From assembly GCA_002633005.1 (NCBI GenBank), contig NMRA01000004.1, positions 377,846 to 441,845 on the forward strand: 64,000 nucleotides of DNA, given 5' to 3'. A program made the translations under genes and the position numbers. The notes below the pieces were generated by a model that worked only from the letters and a program-made list of their open reading frames with translations, was not told the DNA's origin and did no database searches. Of the stretch, positions 28,927-41,000 are shown in pieces (positions within the stretch are counted from its first letter, which is position 1; each line of letters begins with the position of its first letter). Origin of the DNA: Phoronis australis (Eukaryota > Animalia > Phoronida).

Positions 28927-30847
28927 TCTAAAAGTTTCATATGAATTCGAACAGCCATTTCTAAGATTCGATGTTCTGAAGTCACAAAAATTTGCCAGAT
29001 ATTTTTCTTGGGTCCTACATTCGTAACCTAAAGTGACCAAGTTAAGTGGCTCTTACACCAGCAGAAAAAATTCTAAGTGAATCAATCCTTTTAAGACCCA
29101 CACATAGTGCTAATTGGGTCAAGCCAAACTCACAAATGTCAAGCTCAAATTAACTTACCGGTAAGTTAGCGGCAGTGAATCTTTCCATAAAAGCAATCAA
29201 ACTCCCTCGCAGAGCAGCTTCACATAACAGCACATGGGTCCTACATTTGCACATATATGGTAATATGAGTATGCTGGATACTTTCTACACATTTCAATAA
29301 CAATAGGCCTATCAGCCTAAGGATACTAAACCCTGTTTTGATGATTTTAGCCAATCCTTTTCTGTCACCTGCTAATCCATCAATGGCATTAAACTTGAAA
29401 GATATCAGGCAGGAATCATATAAAAACTCATACTGCATCTCACAAATTGGATATTACAGTACTTGGTGGGTGAATCTTTAACCACAGTTTCAGTGTAATT
29501 CGCTAAAAGCGTGGGTCATGTTTGCCTATTTAGAAGACTTTGAAAGTTTTCAAATTTTGCTCCGAACTTATGAGGGTTGTCAACGGTTATCGAACATTAT
29601 TTTGTTTCAAAGAACTGAATGGGAAAGACGTTTTTAGTATCTGTCAAAACCAGATATGATGTCCTTTTAAGTGACAATGTTCAATGGTTTTTATGCAAGC
29701 AGATAACATTCTTAAATATCTCAATCCTTTTAAGACCGACCCAGAGCTAGTTAGGTCAAGCTGAAATTGCAAAGTTTTAACCCAAATATATCAAGTTAGC
29801 AGTGAAGAACCCTTCATGATAAAACAATCAAATTCCATTCAGCCCACCAGGTGTCATTGTTTGTAATTTGGGTAACTACTCCCCGTATTAAAAAACAAAA
29901 CAAAGGGTGCCATGCGCACACCAAAACAACGCGCTTCAAAGAAATGTGGAGCAGGGGGCACTGCTTGCAATAAAATTAGATTTTTTTCACAGTAACTGAC
30001 AGTGTTACGATTCTAGCAAATTGTAGCTTACATCAACTTGAGAGCCTACCAATGATCTAACATACTGCAAAAGCAGTAAGATAATACCTTACAAGAAACT
30101 CGACCCTGTTCATTCATTAACAGTACCAGTAGCATAACACCCTTCCAGTAATTGGTATCACCCAGTGTACAACTATAAACTCAATCAATATCTGTTTCTT
30201 TCTGTTCTTTTTCTTATGTTTGTTCTGACAATAAGCAAGTTCGGTTAATCAATAGCGGAATTTGATAAATGAACTAAACGTTCTTTCTTTAGTTTTTTTC
30301 CACAGTTCTCATAGCTGCACAATGTGGAAACAAAAGGCATTTTTCCTCAATTGTTTCAACCAGGCGAAACACCACAGGAATTACAAGTCACATTTTTGCT
30401 TCAAAGCTCTTTATTTCCAAACTAATCAATATAGGCAATCAGTAATTATCAGAATGTTCATTTGGCAAAAGGTTACATGAGCAAACGAGTTGATTTTTTG
30501 TTTTCAAATGACACTTAGTGCCTAAAAAAGGACTTCCTTTCAGTCAGTCATAGTTCTGTTAGAAATGGAATTTTACAGGATCAAAAGCAGTTCAACTGAA
30601 GATTTGAGTACAGTAAAGCTTGTGGCGACATCTTGCAGATTGAGTAGAAACTACAATTAATGCTTAAAATCAGAGACTGATACTGAGTTACATCAAACAA
30701 GATACTATTTCAAGACAAAAATAACCCGTCATTGATCCTGAATGTGAGTCCAAATGAGATTGCAACTAAAATAAGCTTCACTGGTAATTTCCATGGGAAA
30801 AGCAAAAATAGTTAATGTTGATTCTTCCCTTATTTACAACACAATCA

Positions 30848-30901
30848 GTGGACGTGTCCCTGGGTGGACGGGTCCCTGGGTGGACGGGTCCCTGAGTGGA
30901 C
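30848..30901. repeat. 16-bp minisatellite, about 3.4 copies
   Basis: GTGGACGGGTCCCTGG units with no spacers. Confidence 0.9.
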
Positions 30902-31159
30902 AAATGAAACTTCTCGACAAAAATAAAGACCAAGAAAACTTGGGCATGTCTCGTACTAGCTTAGCTGTGCAGATTTAATCAAACAACATCAGTTTTTTGA
31001 ATTTTCGTTTATTGCAAAAAAATTACAGCATTTGAATAGTAGAGAGTATGAGAGTTTTAGGTAACCATTGTTGTGCGAATTATGTGAAGAGTTGATGTAT
31101 ATTTTATCTTATTCATTGAACGATGCTGCTTGGGAAACTGTCTCATCCAACTACGATAT

Positions 31160-31590
31160 TTTTATTCATACCACATTAGCCTCGAATGGCCAATACAACC
31201 GTGTAATAACCCATATAGTTATCTCACTAGTGACATAACATTTTGGTGGTAACCGAGGCCGGTTTCGAACCTGGGCCTCAAGAGTTTCGGGTCGTCGACT
31301 TTACCACTGTACCACTCAGCAGCTGATGCCATCGAACGTGAAAATAGAATACTTAAATGAGCACGCGCAACAATCGCAAGTTGAACAAGGGGCATTGCAC
31401 CGACATTTATACACTATGAAAAATAAGACGCATAATTTCCATAAAAACGATATTTTAATTCAGTGAAATATTTCTCTCATGTTCTCTCACTGGTAAATCA
31501 CCGATCTCCAATTTGAATGCTGGTATAGTGTCGTCGGGATCCTTTGACTTCAGCATTATAGTCAGTTACTAGTGGTAACCTACTTTAGCA
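31160..31590 (-). mobile_element. Inverted partial copy of the 17844-18680 element
   Basis: Reverse complement aligns by eye to about 18250-18680. Confidence 0.85.
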
Positions 31591-32960
31591 ATTTCAAGTG
31601 TCAAATTCGGAACACGGCGCAATCGTAACGGAACTATGGCTAAGTATAGGCTCTCCTGCGATATCCCAGGCGACCGGCAGTGGCGCTGGGCACGACTACT
31701 CCGTTTCCGTCATCTGCTCCACTGTGCAATGAAGAAAATTACTTATTTCTTTAAAGTAAATGGAATCTGAGTGATGATAAAAAAACAGAAGCTGCTGGTA
31801 AGATGTCAGTTTTAATCGAAGCCTTAGTGAATCACTCAGAAACTCATAATTGTCTCTTTGTCAAACCTTAAGACGATTTCCAAAGCAATCGCGTCATTAT
31901 TGCCAAGACAAAAAATGCATTTGGTCTTTTGGGCAATTGAAGACTATTTTAAATACAACAAATTTGTTACGAATTGATTTGCACAAAATATAAAACATGT
32001 AATAAGCATTACAAAAAGAAGTCGCGCGCAAACGCTGTGGACCATAAACAAGGTATCTTAGTATCAAATTATGAGTTAATTCGTGGTGGTGCAGTGGTAA
32101 AGCAAATGCGCTCTATCCGCCAGGTCGTGAGTTTGAGTCTGTGGTACTTGCAGTTTTTCCTGTTTGACACTTTCTCCGTTTTTTTTTGCCTTTTTTTCTT
32201 AGATAATACTTCGGGAATCAAGGAAAATGCTCGATTGTTAGAGGAAAAAACATAAAAATTTCCTGGGCGGGAGGGAGGCAAATCCCCCTTCCGACCTCCC
32301 CCCATTCGGTGCTATGCGCATCTACAATCGTGCTTTGAGCAAATGTTTACAGACAAAATGTTGGGCCCCCTTGTGATAACCTAGATCTGCCACTGGCTAA
32401 AGAACCTGTTCAATAAATTTTGATGTTTGCTCTATAACTGTGGCTTATAAACTATGCTGAGCAGCAGTTTAACAGATGATGACAAGACATTCGTAGAAAG
32501 TTATAAAATCTGTCGACTCAAACTCACTATCAATTATATAGCTTACATGGCAATAGACAGCAATAAAACTACATAACATAATGCATAATACCAATTTCTG
32601 AGTCTTGGTTACATAAATTGTCTAAAAAAATCATGCAACTAGGTAGCCAGTTTTAGTTCTAAATGTGATGTACCGGTACGAGACTCCAGGTAGTAGTTCA
32701 CAACTATCGTGAGTGTTTGTCTATAAATTGAGAATAATTAAAAAAAGTCTAAAACTTGGGGCAGTTACAACAAACCTGGCTCATGTTTGCAAGCTTACAA
32801 CATGTCTGTAGTCAGCTGTAATGTATACAGTTCGATTTGGATACAGCAAACTTTGGTTACAACCAAAAATTAAGAAGTATGGTTTGCTGAGATGCAGTTT
32901 TACTGTATTAAAGATACCATAATTATAACTAAGCACACAAATGAATGTATGTTTTACAAT

Positions 32961-32966
32961 TTTATT
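32961..32966 (-). promoter_or_regulatory. Candidate AATAAA polyadenylation signal for the distal isoform
   Basis: tttatt on the + strand with a GT-rich tract (ttgtgtgctt) just downstream on the minus strand. It is one of several possible signals in AT-rich DNA. Confidence 0.3.
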
Positions 32967-33818
32967 TAGTAAGTTAATAAATTGTAAAACTATTACAAAA
33001 ATTTATAAGAATGTACAATTTCATATCAAAATTATTGCATAATATCAACAATTTTCCAGGGTACTAAGAACAACATAACAATATAGCAACAAATTATCAA
33101 CAATACAAAGTAATGCCACTTGATTGGCAGAAACACTAAAATTAACAGTATCATTAACATTGACAGTAACATTTTTGTAATCAGCAAAAATTGCAGATTT
33201 TCATCCTTGTCAAAAAGAGTTGATATCGCCTCCAATCAATATCACGATAATTGCGGCAGTTCTCCCCTTATGTCACAAACAAAACTGAAAATTTTTTCAT
33301 GTTCCTATAGATCAAAAGCTGATTACTGGTTGCAAAGGAAGCATAACTAAATACTACTTTAATAATACAAGGTAACAATGCATTATAACTTTTTAACTAT
33401 TTATTTTTGTTGAGAAATTTGACAAAATGTAGGTGAATAATTACCATTTAAAATTATCAAGTGCATCGAACCCGTCACTACTCCATGCCATGAAAATCAA
33501 AGAAGGTAAAAATGCACAATTTACAAATTAAAACTCTGAGAGTTTGCAAACACATCAATAGTAAGAATAGGGGCATTTTTTAAGTACTTTGGCATAAGCG
33601 TTACAATTATACAATATGGAAGGATTATGACTTTAAGTAGGTATTAAGGCTAAACTATTAACTTCTGGATATATTTAACAAAGTGAATACCAAAAAATAT
33701 GCCTACGCTATCTTGTTCTACAGGACACATCAGAGTTCATTTTGGAACAAAATTTCAATAAAAGTTTCAACAAATGTGGAAATCTGGAGTGTATCATTAA
33801 ATTGCACTGTGACACGTA

Positions 33819-34027
33819 CAGTAAAATCTCACCAATTTAGGACTCCATAGTTCAAATTTGACTTTGTTTTTCATAAATTACCCATTATACCAAAATATTG
33901 CTTAGCCATATTCATGCTCTGTAATATAGCCAACAACAGTATCTCATATATTCACAATAGAAGCCATTGAAAAATGAAAAAGTGCAATTTCAACAACTAT
34001 TTTTCCAAAATTGGTGAGATTTTACTA
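33819..34027. mobile_element. TA-flanked Tc1/mariner-type MITE; degenerate relatives at about 36207-36460 and 12285-12530
   Basis: TA|CAGTAAAATCTCACCAATTT...AAATTGGTGAGATTTTACTA|TA. Confidence 0.75.
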
Positions 34028-34861
34028 TACGATAAAAGCCACACACTACAGTTCCTGTCATATTGAACAAAACTAAATGCCTCAATTAGCCATGAAACTT
34101 TTCATGTTCTTACCCAGCAGAATTTCAATCATCAAGGCTGACTGCTGAAGGAATCTATCATTGTGCTGCCACCTGGTGAGGGTCACCACAACCCTCTGAA
34201 GTGTCCATTTGATAATAGTCTATAATGATATTTGCTCACATAGTAAGCATAACAAAGACATCTGCAACTCATTTTTTTCTGTATTGTAATCTTAAACACA
34301 GAAAAAAATCTAGGGTTATGTCAAGTCTGTTAAGCCAACCTATAGTATCTGTTCTGGCTAACAAACAAGATGATTAAAGGGATTAATGAGAGAGACCTAA
34401 ACCCACTACAACCAGATATGAACATTTAAAAATCATTTCTTATAGTCAATTTGGGATGGAAGGATTGATCAAACACCGGTGTCCAACTATATGAATATGA
34501 TAAGTTATATTTGAGTTATCTTACTATTAACGTAAACTCATGTGAACATGTGATGTTGGATGATCCCCTGATTCTTCACGTAAAGTGCAAAACGAGTTCA
34601 ACTCAAGCTCGTAGGAAGGTAAAGACAACTGGTGAAGCCTCATGTAAGGTGTAACAGACATTTGTCACAACTCATCCCACAATTTGGGGGCACTTGCCAC
34701 ATCGTTATTTGCAGTTCTGCAGTTCACCATGCTTCAAAAAGTCATTATGATATGGTAAGTTTGGATGTAAGTTATGTTAATACTTCATGTTAAAATCACT
34801 TTCATCAGGTGAAAATTGTCACGTGTTTACAAAATGTAATGTTGATTCCAACCTCACGTGG

Positions 34862-35004
34862 CTATGCTTTAGGGTTCATTGCAACGATGTTATCCTCACT
34901 GTTAGCGTTTGATGGGGAATCCGACTCAAAGCCTTTATTCACCGCCCCATAAGACTGTCGGGTAGAACTGGCTGACAGGGACCTTTCCTCCATTGAAATA
35001 TTTT
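34862..35004 (-). CDS. SLC26A11: Candidate distal terminal exon (isoform B) ENISMEERSLSASSTRQSYGAVNKGFESD...MNPKA*
   Basis: ttcttgcag acceptor; phase 1 matches the donor at 47859; 46 open codons then TAG; followed by AT-rich UTR-like sequence. Confidence 0.7.
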
Positions 35005-38000
35005 CTGCAAGAATTGGAGAACAATGTCGGTAAAAGTTAAAACTTACAACAACATAGGCATAATATTTTTAAACAGTATATAGTGTATCTATATCTAAAA
35101 TCATGCGCATGCCTCCATATGTGAAATACTCTAGTAAAATAAAGACTATATACAAAGGATAGCCGCCTGCATCTATAAGCGAAGCTTAGACGCATGCACC
35201 AATATGTGAATGCAAAAAACTTTCATTGAAAGAACGCATTATTTTGTATATAAGCGCTTTAGCGCACGTCTACATGTCAGTTGTTTATTTTAAGAACTTT
35301 AAAGTAATACAAAGCAAATAATTGACTTTCAATTTTCAATAGCAAAAATACTTTTTATCAAATAAAACAAACATACTCATCACTACAACAAGTATTAAAC
35401 ACAATAAATTACTTTCTCTTAAACTACACAACACACTTTTGCTTAGACAGTCGACTATGCAACAAAAATAACACTTTACTACTACTATTTCTAAAGCTCA
35501 TAAGTTAAGCAAATCACTAGCTAAGTTATGAATGAATGACATTAGTTCTGTATAAGTCCACTTCCTAGAGCAGGGCATTCAATTTCTCACTTTACGTTTT
35601 TGTTAAAAAAAATGAGTGAAGGCAAAATGAATAGAAAAACCAAACAGCATCAATAGGTGAGGTTGGTGAGATCTGTTAAAATAGCATACATAAACGCAAG
35701 CTTTTGGTTGTGCCGCCACTGAAAAGTGATTGAATGGCTAATATTAAAAGTATGAACTCCCCCATAGCTCACTGTATTCAATGTCAAAACCAAGATACCT
35801 CGACACGACACTAGTACGTGAAGAATAAGTAATCTAAATGAGAGTGTAGAAATCAAGCTGTCAGATGAAGTGCAAGAAAATATGATAGTCTAACATTTAG
35901 CCACCACTGAAAAGTCAGAATTTTACAAATTAATTGAAATGACAACTTAAGATAAAGGTCATGCACAGTCAGCTACTGCTGGACAAAATAAATATGCTGT
36001 CAATCATGTGAAAATCAAATGAAAAACAAAACCCTTCAGGAAAATCTTGCCGGTCTGCAAATGAGAGTTCATCGCATTTCCCAAACTCCATAACAAGGCA
36101 AAATAGAAATGACTTGCAACTTGAGCAAGAGTAAAGGTACTGTACCATTGCCCACTTGGGTGATGGTTAACCAAATAGTGCTCAAGTTTAATTGCTCAGA
36201 CACTGGCAGTAAAATCTCATCAATTTGAGATAAAAATCAAAGGTTACAGCCAAATTTGCACTTTTCCATTTCTTCAAGAATTCCCGACGTGAATATAGAT
36301 AATTATGATAATTATTGAAAATATGATATTAAAGTAGCCAAAATGCAGAACTTCAAAGAATTACTTTTGTGGTATTATACTTTTTTTTAAAAACAAAAAT
36401 TAAAAATTAAATTTGCTTGTTCCTCATATTATGACCTAAATTGATGACATCTTGCTATAAGCCATTTGCTGGAAATAGTTCTATTAAAGCTGCATTCTGC
36501 CTTGTTTAGCTGTCATTGAATACATATTTCAAGCTCTTAATCTTAAGAGTTGCTGCATTTATAATTAACTATGGCTAACTCTGCATTGCATTTGAGCCAA
36601 AGGAACAAAGTATTTGATCAAGGAACTTAACGTCTTTCACTGTGTGCCATATTGCTAAATCTTGTCACCTGAGAAAAAAACATCACGACTCAGAAACTAC
36701 CGGTAAGTCAAATGGAGTCATCAATTTCATGTACTAATGGCAACACTCATTGGTTAGTCATGTAACTGACCTACATCTTAATGGAATTCCCAGCCCACCA
36801 TTTTCGAATTTCAGGGTTGGTCAACCCCAAGTAAAATAAAGAATTTTCCCAGCCCCATTTAAACGTTGAGGATTTGTACATTACTGCTGCTAACAAAAAG
36901 CAAATCCTATCACAATGAGGACTAAGTCTTAATTCGAATCTTGTTTTTCAGCCAGCTTAACAGGGTGAAATGCAGCTTTAAACTTTCATAATTTCAACTG
37001 CTAGAAAATAAAACTTGAAATAACTTTAATTTTAAATGTTGGTCACTAAATATCCGGTGTGACCAACATTTCAATGAGTATCGTATTAGGCAACTACTCT
37101 CAGTATGGCAGAAGACCATAAATCACAAACACTCTTTACCAAACAAAGAAACCCCAGAGACTGGGAAATCAAGCAAAGTACCAAAATGTGAGCAAAGTCC
37201 TCTGCGAAATCTTTTGATAACACTGGCACCAATACAAAGAAACCTCAAAAACCTATTACAAATGTGAGCTAAAAGTGATAAGAATCTCGCACGATGCACA
37301 GAGCCCACACAACCAGGTTAAAAAATATGAAATACTGCCAGCAACAATGCTGAGGAAATGTGACTTATCAACTAACAACAAGGGACCTGTTTCCTCAAGT
37401 CTGGTAGTAGCGTAAATGGTCGTAGGCATGATAATGAAAAGGCAATACTTCCTGTTTTGTAAGAGCAACGCGTTACTGCAGACATAATGTGATATTACTT
37501 CACAGTCAAGCTGAAATATTGGCAATAGTCAGATATAATGTGCCCACATTTTGAGAACCAGTTGATGCCCGTTATTCAGTGGAGAAAACTGGTTCTCAAA
37601 ATGCGGGCACTTTATATCTGACTTCGAAACATCACTTTCACAAAACATGTCAATGAATTTTTTGTGGACAAAATTTGAATACACCATCTTAACTACAACC
37701 TTTGATAAAACAGGGCCCATGGAGTTCAAATAATAAGACAACGGCATGCACAGCCATAACCTTTCTACCAAAGCAATGACAAAATTGCAGGTCAAAACAA
37801 ACAGTGAAATAATGAAACAGAACCCTTCGAGAACAGGTATTTGGTAAAGGTTATGAAACTTACAACAGCAACCCTATAACCACTTCAAAGAGCACACACT
37901 GCACAAATAAAACTTGCAACCACGCTCAGTTGGTTTGTCTTCAACTGATTTTCATGAATCCACAGCACAGTCTTTAGAATATAAGTGTACGAAAACATGA

Positions 38001-41000
38001 GTGAATGTATGAGAAAATGCACTTAAAGCTGCTATGATCCTGCTTTTTGACAAAGACTAATTTTTTGTTTATATCGGTTACCATTGTAAACATCTAAACT
38101 GGTCTAAACTTGATTGTTACTCAGACTACGAATTACTTCCAAGATTAGGCACGACGGCTTTTTTCCATTCAGTGACTTTACGAGAGGTAGGGTGGTGAGC
38201 ATCTGCTAACATCTAGTTCTTTTGTTAACTGCCAAGCACAGACTTTTGTTTGGTATGACAACAGGCAGGCCAATTATCTACCAGGCTTATTACAGACCAC
38301 CTGTGAACACAGTCAAACCCAGAGCGAATTGGTACCTTCGGAAAGAATAGATTGTCGTAACTTCGGTTGTAGTTGAGCGATTTTGGCGATTCAAAAACTA
38401 AACATGATCACCATTTGATGAGGATTTCAGAAATGCTTTTGGTTTATGTTCAAATATGTTATAACTTAACTTTTATTTTTAACAGCACAGCCCAGTCAGG
38501 CTAGATAGGATCTTATTGGAGATTAGAGCAATTATCGAACAAAAGAGAGCCGGCCCTCCAACCACAAATGCCAGAATGGAGTTAATAAGTCCTCTAACAT
38601 ATTGGCTACAGGGGTCATCTTCCCACGTTGTTGTTGGGCTATAGAATCGAACAAGTTGGGAGCAACGGGAAAACGCCGTAATGAGGAACTAAGATTGTAA
38701 TGTTCAAGACCACGTTCCGTCCAACTTAGTGGTCCTGGTCTCAGTCAATGACGAACAGACAATTCAAGGACCCAGGACTTACTTCTAATTACAGTAAGCA
38801 ACAATTTAAGAGCAATTTTATAATGGCAAGCTTTTTGATAAAAGTTTGTCTTTTTTGACAGATGACCGGTTCATAGCAACTTTAAAAACTGTCTTGGAAT
38901 TAAAGGCTTTGGAATGAATTTCAACTTTGAAGTGCAAAAATGTACGGCAAGTTAAGTGCTAGTTCTTAACCCAAAGCTGCTGAATTGTGAACAAATAAAT
39001 TTTCACACTTTATTCAGCTAGTTGAAACTCAAACACACCAACCCACGTTATATTTATTAGCAAAGTAAGCTGTTCATTGCTATAGTTATGTGTTATTTGT
39101 GCAGTGATTAGTCTAAAAAAGGCCACCAAGCGTGAATAACAACTGATTAAACCCACAATACAAACTTAGGCAGGTTAAAAATAAACACTACTATTCCTTA
39201 CTGGCACACAGCAACTTACTTCTTTGCCACCGTTGACGATATCCAGCAATTTCAGCAATAATCAAGACAAAAGCCACTGTCTCACATAACACAGTTACTC
39301 CCAATATATTCAAAGTTGCTGAATCCTTGTTTTTTTTTTCATTTTCTGGTTAATTTTGAATTGTTTGGAATTGAACTTAGACAAGACTTTCCGAGGTTTC
39401 ATGAAGTTTTGATTTTTTTCCACTAGCACATTGAGGTCACTAGCACATGATTGGTAATGTTATTGACATTGTTAGAGAATAAGAGGACATGCGACTTTAG
39501 GGATTTTTTGTACCAAAGATCGCAAAACATTTCCATGTGCAGCATACAAAAAATCGTTTCAATTTGAATTTTAATAGCCTTATTTGTCAAACTCGGGTCC
39601 AGCAACTTTCACTCTATATTGGTGCATTTAAACCATACTCTTGACACAATGCATATGGACACAAGTGTTAACTCGATACACATTTTTAGACGGAGCAAGT
39701 TGCACCAGACCATCTTTTGTCAATTGTCTTTTTAAATACAAAAACGGGTCAGAATCGCTCAGCTCAACAATACTGCACGAATTAGGAATTCCATAGTCAT
39801 GGTGGTTTTCATGCGTGAAGTGGTTTCATTGAACACCTCCGCCTTGCTACATTCGCCTAGTCATCAGTCTGAACGCCTGGTGACACCAGCCATCTTGAGC
39901 TGTGTCCGCTTGCATTGTGTCAACCATACAGTATAAACACCGCATGGAATTGTTTTCACTGTGCAACGATAACCAAAACAATAACAAAATCACTGAAATT
40001 TAACAACACAGTGTGCAAAGACAGAACTCGATGAAAACACCTATGATTTGCGTCTTCTGTCCATTACAGAATAAGAAACATTGGTAATAGAAAATGAAGA
40101 CCATTACTGACTAAATATCAAATTACATCAAATCAGGATAAAAGGAGGATTAGTCAGTACTTGCATTAAAAATCTCAAATGTCGGGAGCGTTACTACGCC
40201 CTTCATTAGTGTGGCAAGGATCACTGAGGAAGGGTTTACATATTACATAATATTGGCATTTAAAAAAATGTCGACTAATTATCCTATTACTTTTTGATTT
40301 GATATCATTTTTATCATGTTTATTACAAAACAATGTTCACCTAATTTCAACAACCTGTAATTCATAATTTAGAAAGGACACATGTTAAGATTACAGCTAA
40401 CGGCAAATCATTGCCGTGCTTTTTACGAGAACTATATCAAAATGTTTCAATTTAGGTTGTTTCTAAGTTAAAAAAGTTATTGACTTGAGGATCCTGAAGT
40501 CCAAAGGCATTTTGTCTGATGATAAATCTAGGAGTTTCAAAGTCCAAACAACCTATAGCTTGCAAACAGTTGCCTACAGACCACGGAAACTTTGGACACT
40601 AAAACAAATATAATTTGAATAAGAAATCGAATTTGTAGTATTTTTTGTTTCAGATTATCAGCACCCAGACTTGACAAATTGGTTTTCCATATATGTAACG
40701 AAGCTTTCAGGTTCAACAGACCTAAAAAATGTGTGTTGAACCACGCAAAGGCATTTCACGGAATTTAAAAGCAACATCGCAGAATAACTTCCTGTTCTCA
40801 TCGTTACACGATTAATTAGTAATTACAAAAAGGTTTGTTAGCAAAAATAGTCTTTATTTGACTGAGAACACATCCATTGTAACAATAGTGGCACTGTAGA
40901 ATGTGTTGGTCAATCTATAATCATACACACAACCTTACTAAGTCAGCAAACAACACCAATGTTATCACAGTTACAGTGAACTTTACATACTGTGTGAAAC

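Noticed and set aside
30848-30901. CRISPR-like repeat (also 46561-46620)
   Set aside because: The units are directly adjacent with no unique spacers, there are no cas genes, and the context is eukaryotic.
31600-32150. CpG-richer stretch as a promoter
   Set aside because: It abuts and may belong to repeat elements; no independent promoter evidence.
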